Source: a bacterium (GTDB lineage: Bacteria; Arandabacterota; Arandabacteria; Arandabacterales; Arandabacteraceae). Taken from it: DNA of 43,902 bases. Shown piece after piece: positions 18,223 to 27,026 of the stretch. The DNA lies in the NCBI GenBank assembly GCA_025774115.1, contig JALGWN010000011.1, positions 1 to 43,902 on the forward strand, read 5' to 3'. The stretch's first letter is position 1. Every line of letters begins with the position of its first letter. Below the pieces are notes generated by a model that saw only the letters and a list, made by a program, of their open reading frames with translations, ran no database searches and was not told the origin of the DNA. The position numbers and the translations under genes were made by a program.

Positions 18223-18654
18223 GTGAGTTTCAGTATGAGGAATTTGAAGCATTTGTTTGTGGTCATGGCGGCGCTCTTCATATTCATGGGTGCCTGTGGC
18301 AATGAAGGGGGAGACGGTTTGTCGACGGTGGATACCGTCCCGCCGGTCCCACCGATCGGTGTCCAAATCCAGGCTGAAAACGACCTGGTAGTCGTCAGGT
18401 GGGATGAGAACGCCGAGATCGATCTGGCCGGCTACAGGCTCTACAAGTCATCGTTTGAAGACGGACCTTTCGGAATCGTATCCTCGAACCTTGTGTATTG
18501 CCCTTGGTTCTATGACAAGGTCCTTGCCATGGAGATGACCTACTATAAGGTTACTGCCGTGGACGCGAGCGGCAATGAGAGCGCATTCTCTCAGATTGTC
18601 GGCATCTACAATAATACCGACCGTAAGGTGCAGCCCAACGCACCATCAAAGTGA
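18223..18654 (+). CDS. Lipoprotein with fibronectin type III-like domain
   Basis: Lipobox MGAC, DTVPPVPP, W..N.E.DLAGYRLY, YYKVTAVDASGNES. Confidence 0.8.
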   Translation: MSFSMRNLKHLFVVMAALFIFMGACGNEGGDGLSTVDTVPPVPPIGVQIQAENDLVVVRWDENAEIDLAGYRLYKSSFEDGPFGIVSSNLVYCPWFYDKVLAMEMTYYKVTAVDASGNESAFSQIVGIYNNTDRKVQPNAPSK

Positions 18655-18675
18655 TACTACAGTAAAGAGCATCAA

Positions 18676-18705
18676 AGGCTCCCTTCCTGTCGAGGAAGGG
18701 AGCCT
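18676..18705. terminator. Hairpin terminator (possibly bidirectional)
   Basis: Perfect 13-bp stem AGGCTCCCTTCCT-GTCG-AGGAAGGGAGCCT just after the stop codon. Confidence 0.75.
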
Positions 18706-18808
18706 CTCTATTCGCCTATGCAGAGGACCATGGGTTTAGCCATGGTTAAGTGCGTAAGAAGGTGCTTCGGCGGATGTCACTTAATAGGCACGCCCTGTGG
18801 CGGATAAC

Positions 18809-18826
18809 CCGCCGAAGCTTTGGCGG
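18809..18826. repeat. Short REP-like palindrome
   Basis: CCGCCGAAGCTTTGGCGG. Confidence 0.4.
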
Positions 18827-19043
18827 AGGCGGTCGGACACAGGTACCACGGGCTTGCCCGTGGCGTATTCCGTGTGGCCCCGATCGAGGGGAGTGGAACC
18901 GGCATGAACTGTGGTTGTGGATCAAGATGGATCGGACGGGCATACCCTTGCATGGTGTGAGAGGGGCGGGCGCGTACGCCCGGAAGGCCTGTGCCGACAG
19001 GGCCGGCTAGAGCTGACCTGCGTGGCTTGGCGGTACTATGCCT

Positions 19044-19118
19044 TTACTTCAGCCACCAGAAAAGATCGATGATCTCACAGACAAGGTCAACGAAGAGGAA
19101 CTGAGCAACCAAGAACAT
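19044..19118 (-). CDS. Putative 24-aa hydrophobic small protein MFLVAQFLFVDLVCEIIDLFWWLK
   Basis: Hand-translated; ATG preceded by AGGAAAGGGGG and by a sigma28-type promoter. Confidence 0.5.
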   Translation of the reverse strand: MFLVAQFLFVDLVCEIIDLFWWLK

Positions 19119-19173
19119 GGTGTCGCCCCCTTTCCTATGGCGCCAGACACGGCGCTCGGGTCGTCCAGCTTAG

Positions 19174-19201
19174 TAATCGGCGTGGGGGGAAGTTGGGTTT
19201 A
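19174..19201 (-). promoter_or_regulatory. Putative sigma28 promoter for the small ORF
   Basis: TAAA-N16-GCCGATTA on the minus strand. Confidence 0.55.
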
Positions 19202-21772
19202 GGGTTTTTTTGTAAGAGACGTGCGCCGTCTGTAGGGGGCCATTGTTACGATCCTTACGGCAAGCACGGTAAGGTCATCCTGGGGTTTGCCGCCGGTAAA
19301 CCGAAGCACATCATCGTGGACACGTGAGACTATTTCCGACAACTCCGCTTCACGGAGCTCGCTGAGCTCTGAGATCAATCTCGCTTCACCATAAGGCTCA
19401 TCGCCTTCGTCCAGTTCATCGGTGATGCCATCGGTATAGAGGAAGAGGAGCTCGCCATCCCGGATCGGGACGGTCGTGTTTTGGTAAGCCACTTCGGGAT
19501 CGACCCCGATGACTATGTCGGTATTGTCGAGCTGTCTGGGGGTGTCGTTCTCGTACATCAGGATGGGGGGGGAGTGCCCTGCATTGCAGTAGGTTATCGT
19601 GGCGTCTGTGAAATCGATCAGGCCGTAGAAAATAGTCACGAATGTGCCCCCGCCGGTATGCTCGTATATAACACGATTCAAAGCCGAAATAACCTCCGAC
19701 GGATGTTTTTCGCAGTCTGCTTCTGCCCTCAGACTGGACTGAAGGGATGCCATCAAGAGGGCTGCCGGCACCCCTTTTCCCGACACATCGGCGATTACCA
19801 ATGCGACCTTGTCCTTGCTCAAAGGGATTAAGTCGTAGTAGTCGCCGCCCACGTGCTTGCTCGGTACATTCATCGCATGCGTCACCAGTCCCGGTATTTC
19901 GGGGAGTGCCTTGGGCAGCAGACGATGCTGTATCTCCCTGGCGACCTCGAGTTCCTGTTCCATCTTCTGTTTTTCGACGGCCTCGAGGTAGAGGCTCGCG
20001 TTTTCAATCGCCAGAGAGACCTGGTCACAGAGGGTTTCCAGGAGCTCGACATCGGTAGCAGAATAGAATTCGTCCGATCGTTTCCTGCCGATCGACATGA
20101 AGCCAAGGAGTTCGCCCTTGAAGATGAAGGGAACGACGACGGCCGCATTGGCATCAAGCAGGGTCATGGCTTCTTCTTTGCAGAGCGGTAGAGGCCTGCC
20201 GGAAGCCATCTTGCGTTCGACGTTGAATGCCGTCTGGGTCTTGGACAGATAGGTGCAGAGCGTGCCGTCTTTGTCGAAACCTCTTAACATCACATGCTTC
20301 ACCCTGACGCCATAGCGGGATGTGTGTTGGCCGGTTCTGTCATCCAGCAGGAAAACCACGACTATGCTTGCGTCCAGCACCTCCGCCACCCTGATCGCCA
20401 GATAGCTCACCAGGCTCTCCAGGTTGATGATGCCCACAAGCGAGTGGCTGATCTGCTTGAGCACCTTCCTGTAGTTGTACTCTTGCCTGAAGAAAACCTT
20501 ATCGACGGCGATTCGGATTCGCGCCTTGAGGGGTGAAATCAGCAAGGTTATCGCGAATATCGATATGATGGAGAACAGCAGATCGGCGCTTCCGACGAAA
20601 CTCGAAGCGAGTCTCCCGATCCCGTAGACCACAACGAAATAGACCGATGCGAGAACTGCTATGAGCAGTGTGTAGACGAGGCTTCGCTTTACAACGATCT
20701 CAAGATCGAGAAGCCCGTATCTTACAATCGCGTGTCCGAATGCAACAGGCACAAGTATCAGGGGGAGAAACGCCAACTTCTCACCGGGTATCTCAATTTC
20801 GGGCCGGATGCTGACGACGACCTGGACGAATATCAAGGGTAGAGTACCGATCAGCGTCCCCCAAACCACAAGTCTGAGCTTGGATCTCGTGCTTTCGGTT
20901 GCAACATGCCTGTATGCATAGATAAACGCCACCAGCCCCAAGACCACGAAGGCGATGAAATAGGCGGCCGTAGCGCTCCTGAAGACCGTGATGGCGTTGC
21001 CGAACACCTTTCCTCGCGAGAAGATCATCACATTGAAATAGACCGATGCGGCGAACATGACTGCAGCGGGGAGATAGAGTGCGAACTCCAGGCGGCCGTA
21101 CTGTTTGAGTATTCCTCGCGTCTCGGGGAATATCAGGAAAAAGTGCAGAAACAGAGCAGGCAGTATGAGCATCAAGAGGTCGTTCAGAACATACCTGTGA
21201 AGCGGGCTCGCCGATCCTGCCCCCACTGTGACGATGTTGGTGAGAACCAGGCCAAAGGCCAGCGAGAAAAGGTAGAAAACCAGAGCGACCTTATCGTTGC
21301 GTTTGAAATAGACCAGGAGCCCTATGGCTATGAAACTCAAGCCCACGCCCACCAGAAATATCTTTCTCACGATCTCGGCAGGGGGGAGGTTCACAAGCGT
21401 TACGGGTACCGTAAGGTCGCGGCCTTCCCTGCGAACACCGTATGCTACCGTGTCACCGGGTCTCGCTTCACCGAGGCAGTCCGAGACACCTTTCGTCGTA
21501 ACGCAGGGCGCACCGTTTAGGGAAATCAACCGATCGCCCTTTCTCAGGCCCGCGATTTCCCCTGGGGAGGCTGGGGCGACCCTTGCGACAGCCAGGTTGT
21601 TCAGTATCACGCCCGCATACGGTTGGTCAGGGATCCTGAAGGCCAGGAACAGCTCGAGGAGGACCAGGGCGGCAGTTCCGATGACAGCGACTATCCGGAT
21701 ACGGGAATCCATGCGGCCGCGAGAATCATGAAGGGAGGAAGGCCCGAGTGCTACGCCACGCTCCTTATGCAT
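19199..21772 (-). CDS. Membrane PP2C/SpoIIE (RsbU-like) phosphatase with PDZ, multi-TM and GAF-like domains
   Basis: PDZ SPGEIAGLRKGDRL, many TM helices, VGGDYYD, ADVSGKG, YTDGI, QDDLT. Start may be ATG 21712. Confidence 0.9.
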   Translation of the reverse strand: MHKERGVALGPSSLHDSRGRMDSRIRIVAVIGTAALVLLELFLAFRIPDQPYAGVILNNLAVARVAPASPGEIAGLRKGDRLISLNGAPCVTTKGVSDCLGEARPGDTVAYGVRREGRDLTVPVTLVNLPPAEIVRKIFLVGVGLSFIAIGLLVYFKRNDKVALVFYLFSLAFGLVLTNIVTVGAGSASPLHRYVLNDLLMLILPALFLHFFLIFPETRGILKQYGRLEFALYLPAAVMFAASVYFNVMIFSRGKVFGNAITVFRSATAAYFIAFVVLGLVAFIYAYRHVATESTRSKLRLVVWGTLIGTLPLIFVQVVVSIRPEIEIPGEKLAFLPLILVPVAFGHAIVRYGLLDLEIVVKRSLVYTLLIAVLASVYFVVVYGIGRLASSFVGSADLLFSIISIFAITLLISPLKARIRIAVDKVFFRQEYNYRKVLKQISHSLVGIINLESLVSYLAIRVAEVLDASIVVVFLLDDRTGQHTSRYGVRVKHVMLRGFDKDGTLCTYLSKTQTAFNVERKMASGRPLPLCKEEAMTLLDANAAVVVPFIFKGELLGFMSIGRKRSDEFYSATDVELLETLCDQVSLAIENASLYLEAVEKQKMEQELEVAREIQHRLLPKALPEIPGLVTHAMNVPSKHVGGDYYDLIPLSKDKVALVIADVSGKGVPAALLMASLQSSLRAEADCEKHPSEVISALNRVIYEHTGGGTFVTIFYGLIDFTDATITYCNAGHSPPILMYENDTPRQLDNTDIVIGVDPEVAYQNTTVPIRDGELLFLYTDGITDELDEGDEPYGEARLISELSELREAELSEIVSRVHDDVLRFTGGKPQDDLTVLAVRIVTMAPYRRRTSLTKKP

Positions 21773-21875
21773 AAGCTGTCCTCGTAACGGCCTGCGCCTT
21801 TGGGCAGGGCAATCCGCCGTTGTTGGAGTATAGAGGTGTGGGTTGGGGTATTGTCAAGCTTTTTCAGTCCGCGGC

Positions 21876-21999
21876 CAGGCTGGATTAGAACACACATCTG
21901 CGGTGTTACGCTCGCGGGCCATCGTTGCGGCGTACCTCAAGTACGCCTCACTCGTCACCACTTCGCGTGCCTTGCATCTGAGCATTCTAATCCAGCCTG
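21876..21999. mobile_element. MITE-like element (124 bp)
   Basis: Perfect 15-bp terminal inverted repeats CAGGCTGGATTAGAA / TTCTAATCCAGCCTG and central hairpin GGCGTAC-N5-GTACGCC. Confidence 0.65.
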
Positions 22000-22012
22000 T
22001 CGCATAGAGGTA

Positions 22013-22042
22013 TAGAACACACATCTGCGGTGTTACGCTCGC
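22013..22042. repeat. 30-bp direct repeat of 21886-21915 (partial MITE copy)
   Basis: TAGAACACACATCTGCGGTGTTACGCTCGC occurs twice. Confidence 0.85.
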
Positions 22043-22124
22043 CCACTGCCACCTTGACTACGTCCAAAAACCGCTTGCCTTCGATTCACGCTTCTGGTAC
22101 TTTACACCCAACGGAGGTGCAGAA

Positions 22125-22817
22125 TTGGCCAGAAAGCATCGGAAACTCACGAAAAAGGAGATAAAAGAGGACAAGGTCGCGGAGTTCTTTGTCGGGACGG
22201 TGCAGTATGTCAGAGAGAACTCGAAGCGGATCCTGGGAATCGCGCTGGTTGCAATTGTGATACTTATGATAGCGACGGTCGCGATCCGCCAACGCAGGAC
22301 GGCGGAGAATGAAGCCCAGGTCTGGGTTTGGCGCGCCAACATGGATATGAAGGCCGGCAATCTTGGAAGCGCAATGCAGTCATATTCCGCTGTGATGGGA
22401 CGATACAGGGGTACGTGGGGCCACTCCGACGCTAGTTTCTTTCTGGCCAACGCCCAGTTTGCCACCGGGCGGTATGATTCGGCGCGTGTCCTGTTCGAGA
22501 AGTATCTGAACCTCGGCAAGCGCAGAGGAGAATTCACCGTATCTTCCAAGGAAGGGATTGCTCAGTGTCTTGAGGAACTGGGTAGGTACCGGGATGCCGC
22601 TGAGAGCTATCTTAAGGTTCAGCGTGAGCACGCGGACAGTCCCTTGGCTCCGGACGCCTTAATGGGTGCAGCCCGTTGCCACAGGCTTGCCGGAGATCTT
22701 AGGTCAGCGGAGAGCGCCTACAACGATCTGCTGGAGATCTATCCGGATTCCAATCAGGCCACACTTGCCAAAATGTTACTCATGGAAACTCAGGCGAGGC
22801 TAGAGAATCCCTCATGA
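22125..22817 (+). CDS. Membrane-anchored TPR protein (YfgM/CpoB-like)
   Basis: KLTKKEIKED N-terminus, one TM helix, TPR repeats, YPDS. Confidence 0.75.
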   Translation: MARKHRKLTKKEIKEDKVAEFFVGTVQYVRENSKRILGIALVAIVILMIATVAIRQRRTAENEAQVWVWRANMDMKAGNLGSAMQSYSAVMGRYRGTWGHSDASFFLANAQFATGRYDSARVLFEKYLNLGKRRGEFTVSSKEGIAQCLEELGRYRDAAESYLKVQREHADSPLAPDALMGAARCHRLAGDLRSAESAYNDLLEIYPDSNQATLAKMLLMETQARLENPS

Positions 22818-25009
22818 GTCAGCAGCCTCTCAAGGTTGCATTTCTTTGGCACATGCATCAGCCGTACTATAAGAACCCCAGAACCGGCATTTACGGCCTG
22901 CCCTGGGTGAGGTTGCATACGGTAAAGGACTATTACGACATGGCGGCCAGGCTGGCCCGCTATCCTGGCCTGAAAGCGACATTCAACTTCGTTCCCTGTC
23001 TGGTTGAGCAGATACTCGACTATGCCGGAGGCAACACAAGAGAGGTTCATCTCGAACTGTCGAGAAAGCCCGCGGACAAGCTCACCCGGGATGAAAAAGT
23101 CACGCTAATCCGGCAGTTCTTTCTGGGTAAACGTAGAGCCATCATAGAGCCCTATTCCCGCTACAGGTCGCTGCTTGAGAAATGCCAGGATCTGGAGCAT
23201 GACTACAAGGTGGACGCCGCAGTCAGACGATTCAAGACACAGGACTTTCTGGATCTCCAAGTTTGGTCCAACCTCGCGTGGATGGGATCGGCATTGCGCG
23301 AGGATCCGGTGGTGGCCTCACTCTTCTCCAAGGGGCGTCAGTTCACGCAAGAGATGAAACTCGGCCTTTTGGACAAACAGCTTGAGGTGATGAAATCGGT
23401 GACCGGCCTGTATAGAGAGCTTGTGGAGGCCGGCAGGGCCGAGCTATCTACCTCACCATACTTCCATCCGATGCTTCCGCTAATCTGTGAATCAGGCATC
23501 GCCGCCCGGTCGGCGGCCGGTCTGGAATTGCCGACAGAGTCGATCCGCTTCCCCGAGGATGCCGAGCGCCAGGTCCGGATGGGTCTCGATATGCACGAAG
23601 ATGTGTTTGGACAACCGGCCCTGGGTCTCTGGCCGCCCGAGGGTGGAGTCAGCGACGAAACCCTGGACCTGTTGTCGACGTGTGGTGTGAGATGGACCGC
23701 CACCGATGAGAAGGTCTTGGAGAGGACCCTGGGGGTCGAGCTCAGAGAGACCGCGGAAGGCGAAGTGACGAGACCCGATCTTCTCTATAGACCCTTCAGA
23801 TTCAAGGGTAGTGGGGGAGAGGTTGTTGTCTTTTTCCGGGACAGGTTGCTGTCTGACCTAATCGGATTCGAGTATGCACGGCTGCCTGCCGACGAGGCCG
23901 TCGAGGATTTCATGTCGCGTCTACTTAAGATAAGGAACGGGTTGGGGCGCGATGTGGAAGACGGTGTTGTAGTTGTCGCCCTGGACGGTGAGAACCATTG
24001 GGAAGACTACGATCGGGGTGGGGATGAGTTTCTCAGGCAACTCTATACGGAGCTTTCACAAAGCAGCTGGATCAGGACAGTCTGTTTGTCAGACCTACTC
24101 GAGGGTAAGGCCCCGAGGCCCCTTCTCAAGAAGATCCATCCAGGATCGTGGATCCGAGGCGATTTCACCACGTGGATAGGGCACAGTGAGAACAACAGGG
24201 CCTGGGATCTGCTAGCGCAAGCGAGGGGGGTGCTGGCTGCCGGGGCCTCGAGGCTCTCTGAGGCCGACAGCCGTGCCGCATGGAAGTGCATCTACGGAGC
24301 CGAAGGGAGCGACTGGTTCTGGTGGTATGGGGGAGAGCACAGCTGTCGTGAGGAAACGGAATTCGACGCGCTTTTCAGGGCTCACCTGAGGCATGTATAT
24401 GAGCTCGTGGGAGCTCATGTCCCTCATGAGGTTCTACGGCCGGTCATGATCGACAGGGGAGGGGTGGCCATCCGATTCGGGCCCGTTGCGGTTCTCCACC
24501 CGGCTCTCGATGGAAAGATCACGACCTTCTATGAGTGGAAGCTCGCCGGTCTTTACGAAAGCTACCGTGACAGCTCACGCGCCGTCTTTGGACACAGGAT
24601 ACTCGAGGCCATATATTTCGGCTTCGACCACGAGCGCCTTTATCTGAGGCTGGATACCAGCGTTTCACCTCAAACCGAGGATTTCACAGCCCTGGCCTTC
24701 AGGCTCGAATATGAGGATCCCTCACACCGCCAAATAACCGTCCGCGCCAGCCGACGGAGGTCTCCAGGCGATGTAGGGCTCGACGTCGAACCCCAAGATG
24801 TCGCCGATCATGTCAAGGCCGTGGCCCTCGAGAACACCGAGATCGCCATCGACTTTGATGTGCTCGGTGCCAAACCGGGTGACATCGTCTCATTCAGGGT
24901 TGCCGTTATTAAAGACGAGGATGTCATCGAGCATCGCCCGGTCCACGAAGTCATTAGATTCACGCTTCCGACCCCGGAATTCGACGCTGAAATGTGGACC
25001 ACCTTCTAG
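22814..25009 (+). CDS. Glycoside hydrolase family 57 (amylopullulanase-like)
   Basis: WHMHQP, PWVRLH, WPPEG, ALDGENHWE, AEGSDWFWW. Confidence 0.92.
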   Translation: MSQQPLKVAFLWHMHQPYYKNPRTGIYGLPWVRLHTVKDYYDMAARLARYPGLKATFNFVPCLVEQILDYAGGNTREVHLELSRKPADKLTRDEKVTLIRQFFLGKRRAIIEPYSRYRSLLEKCQDLEHDYKVDAAVRRFKTQDFLDLQVWSNLAWMGSALREDPVVASLFSKGRQFTQEMKLGLLDKQLEVMKSVTGLYRELVEAGRAELSTSPYFHPMLPLICESGIAARSAAGLELPTESIRFPEDAERQVRMGLDMHEDVFGQPALGLWPPEGGVSDETLDLLSTCGVRWTATDEKVLERTLGVELRETAEGEVTRPDLLYRPFRFKGSGGEVVVFFRDRLLSDLIGFEYARLPADEAVEDFMSRLLKIRNGLGRDVEDGVVVVALDGENHWEDYDRGGDEFLRQLYTELSQSSWIRTVCLSDLLEGKAPRPLLKKIHPGSWIRGDFTTWIGHSENNRAWDLLAQARGVLAAGASRLSEADSRAAWKCIYGAEGSDWFWWYGGEHSCREETEFDALFRAHLRHVYELVGAHVPHEVLRPVMIDRGGVAIRFGPVAVLHPALDGKITTFYEWKLAGLYESYRDSSRAVFGHRILEAIYFGFDHERLYLRLDTSVSPQTEDFTALAFRLEYEDPSHRQITVRASRRRSPGDVGLDVEPQDVADHVKAVALENTEIAIDFDVLGAKPGDIVSFRVAVIKDEDVIEHRPVHEVIRFTLPTPEFDAEMWTTF

Positions 25010-25078
25010 ACTCGTGTAAAGCTCGGTAATTCATTCAGTTATGGTGGGTTTGTGAGATTGGGAATTAGGATTAATACA

Positions 25079-25106
25079 ACTACGCATAATCTATATTATG
25101 TTTACT
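25079..25106 (+). other. dif-like XerC/XerD site
   Basis: ACTACGCATAA-TCTATA-TTATGTTTACT versus E. coli GGTGCGCATAA-TGTATA-TTATGTTAAAT; intergenic, between convergent genes. Confidence 0.8.
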
Positions 25107-25331
25107 TGGAGGTTAACAGAGGCTTTATCTTACGAGAGAATCAGGCGACCTACTACTGAAATGGTGAGCACGCTCGGCGGAGTGGCCGGAACATGTCATT
25201 TCGGACCCAATACGGCATCTTTTGTGAGCACCGGCGAGCTAGTCTTCTAGAGCCAAGCTCCACGTGGTGAATGTTATCTGGATGTTAGATTGCCTTGTCG
25301 GGGCTCGGGATCAGCCTACCCCGCTTCAATA

Positions 25332-26519
25332 TCACGGGTGTGGTTGTGGAGCAGTCTCTTCCTTGAGAAACTCCTTGAGGTGCCGGGAAGCGGCCTTGAT
25401 GGTGTTGCTGGTTTCCTGGGAAAGCCGCCCGAAGGGTTTGATATGAAGGGATTGATCGCCGAACCGGTAGTCCCAGGTACCGGCCAGGCGGCCGTCGAGA
25501 AGCAGTGTGGGAACGACTCTGGCGAGCCCCAGGAAGACCTTGGTGCGGTTTTCCGCGTCAATGAGGCGGGACTTGTCTTTGTGGCCCATTATGAGCGAAT
25601 CGAACTCAGGGAGGAAGCATACGCGCTTGCCGGGCTCTCGACCGACGAGCGAATCGAGGTCTTCGGCCAGAACCCAGAAAGTCGCCTTGCTGCCCTCGAC
25701 GCTTATCTCGGAGAGATGTTTTCGGGCGGCTCTGAAGACTTGTTTGGCTTTGGGAATCTTAAGTCCCGCCCAATATGCGAAGTCGTGGATGGTCGCCGGG
25801 CCATAGCCTCCGAGGTACTTGATAAGAAGATCGTGTCGGGCCTCCTCTTCAACGGTCCCTCCTATTCGCTCGGGTGCGAGCCAGTCGCTAACCAGGGCGA
25901 AGCGATTGTCCTTGAAATGATACCATGGGCCTGTGGGCCGATCATGACATACCCGCCCCTGGTACGTGAGAAGCCTCAGGGCCCAGCCCACGAGACGCTT
26001 CTGCTCGCTTTCCGTGTAACCTCCTATGAGACTCTTGACCCGTTCCACGAGATCCTTTTTTACCAGGGGGCCTTCTCCGAGCGAGTTAGCTATGGCGTCG
26101 AGAAGCCTGGTCCAGGTCCGCGGCAGGTCCAGGAGCGTCTGCTTCTTTAGTGAGGCTTCCCAGGCCTTACAGAGGTCCCCCCCCAAGGCCTTCTGATAGA
26201 CGGGAAAATCGGCCGTGGGAATGATATGGACCGTTCCTCTCATCAGCCAGGCCTTGATCAGGGTCTTCTCCTCATATAGAGCCTCGGTGAGAGTCTCCTT
26301 TGTGAAGCCCTCCACGCGGTTCCAGAGGGAAACGTACGGCGCCCGGGCGCTCTGGGCATTGAGGCCGCAGAGCCGGCCGACGGCTTCGGTAATCTCCTCA
26401 GGTTGGGGTCCTGAGACCAGAAAGTGACGGGCGAGAGTAATGGTGGAAAGCTCGTCAAGCGTTATCTGTTTCGGCAACGCCCTCCCCCCTATTTCGACAC
26501 TCATGTAGATTGATCCCAC
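25332..26519 (-). CDS. AlkZ/YcaQ-like (HTH_42) winged-helix DNA glycosylase family protein
   Basis: GLNAQ...PYVSLWNR, WLMRGTVH, YLGGYGPAT..DFAYWAG, FLPEFD, GTW. Confidence 0.85.
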   Translation of the reverse strand: MGSIYMSVEIGGRALPKQITLDELSTITLARHFLVSGPQPEEITEAVGRLCGLNAQSARAPYVSLWNRVEGFTKETLTEALYEEKTLIKAWLMRGTVHIIPTADFPVYQKALGGDLCKAWEASLKKQTLLDLPRTWTRLLDAIANSLGEGPLVKKDLVERVKSLIGGYTESEQKRLVGWALRLLTYQGRVCHDRPTGPWYHFKDNRFALVSDWLAPERIGGTVEEEARHDLLIKYLGGYGPATIHDFAYWAGLKIPKAKQVFRAARKHLSEISVEGSKATFWVLAEDLDSLVGREPGKRVCFLPEFDSLIMGHKDKSRLIDAENRTKVFLGLARVVPTLLLDGRLAGTWDYRFGDQSLHIKPFGRLSQETSNTIKAASRHLKEFLKEETAPQPHP

Positions 26520-26647
26520 AGAGATTGTAGGCTGCAGCGCTGGCTGTGTCCAGGATATAGAAGAGTTCGTTGCCGCAGGAGCGACAAAGACCGTCGGCCA
26601 CGGAGACGCGACGCTGCAACATCGCGGATATGCCCCCAGATAAACTA

Positions 26648-26680
26648 AGGCATGGGCACGGCGTCACCGTGCCCATGCCT
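26648..26680. repeat. GC-rich perfect hairpin (REP-like or terminator)
   Basis: AGGCATGGGCACGG-CGTCA-CCGTGCCCATGCCT, 14-bp stem. Confidence 0.65.
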
Positions 26681-26926
26681 CTCAACTCGCGCTCTGCATC
26701 GGACTGATCAGCTACAGTCCAATTCCTTTGACCAAACCTGAAAACGCCTGGTTTTGCCTTATTGCTGGTTCCGAAGCGTGATGGTACGAGCTGGGGTGGA
26801 GCGAATACCAAACTGTCGTTAAAGGTGTGTGGAAACCGTGGCTTCGCGTGTCCGTCTTATGCCCCCTTAGCTCCCGTGCAGTTCCGGATTATAGCAGACG
26901 GTTAGATGGAGGTCAAGCGAAAAGCG

Positions 26927-26978
26927 ACCGGGGTTAGATCTTGAAAATTGAATTCAATTTTCAAGATCTGATCCCGGT
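26927..26978. repeat. 52-bp palindrome with perfect 34-bp core
   Basis: Core AGATCTTGAAAATTGAATTCAATTTTCAAGATCT at 26936-26969. Confidence 0.85.
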
Positions 26979-27026
26979 AGTGCGCCAAAACATAACATTA
27001 TGGCGCTTTATTGCTCACAAACCCCT

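Noticed and set aside
18750-19010. 86-aa Arg/Gly-rich ORF
   Set aside because: No RBS, low-information composition, spans a REP-like palindrome.
21886-22042. 30-bp direct repeat as a CRISPR remnant
   Set aside because: Only two copies about 97 bp apart, no cas genes, and better explained as a MITE fragment.
26455-26811. 118-aa ORF containing CRSC
   Set aside because: Crosses a palindrome, overlaps the AlkZ-like start, and has no clear RBS or family motif.
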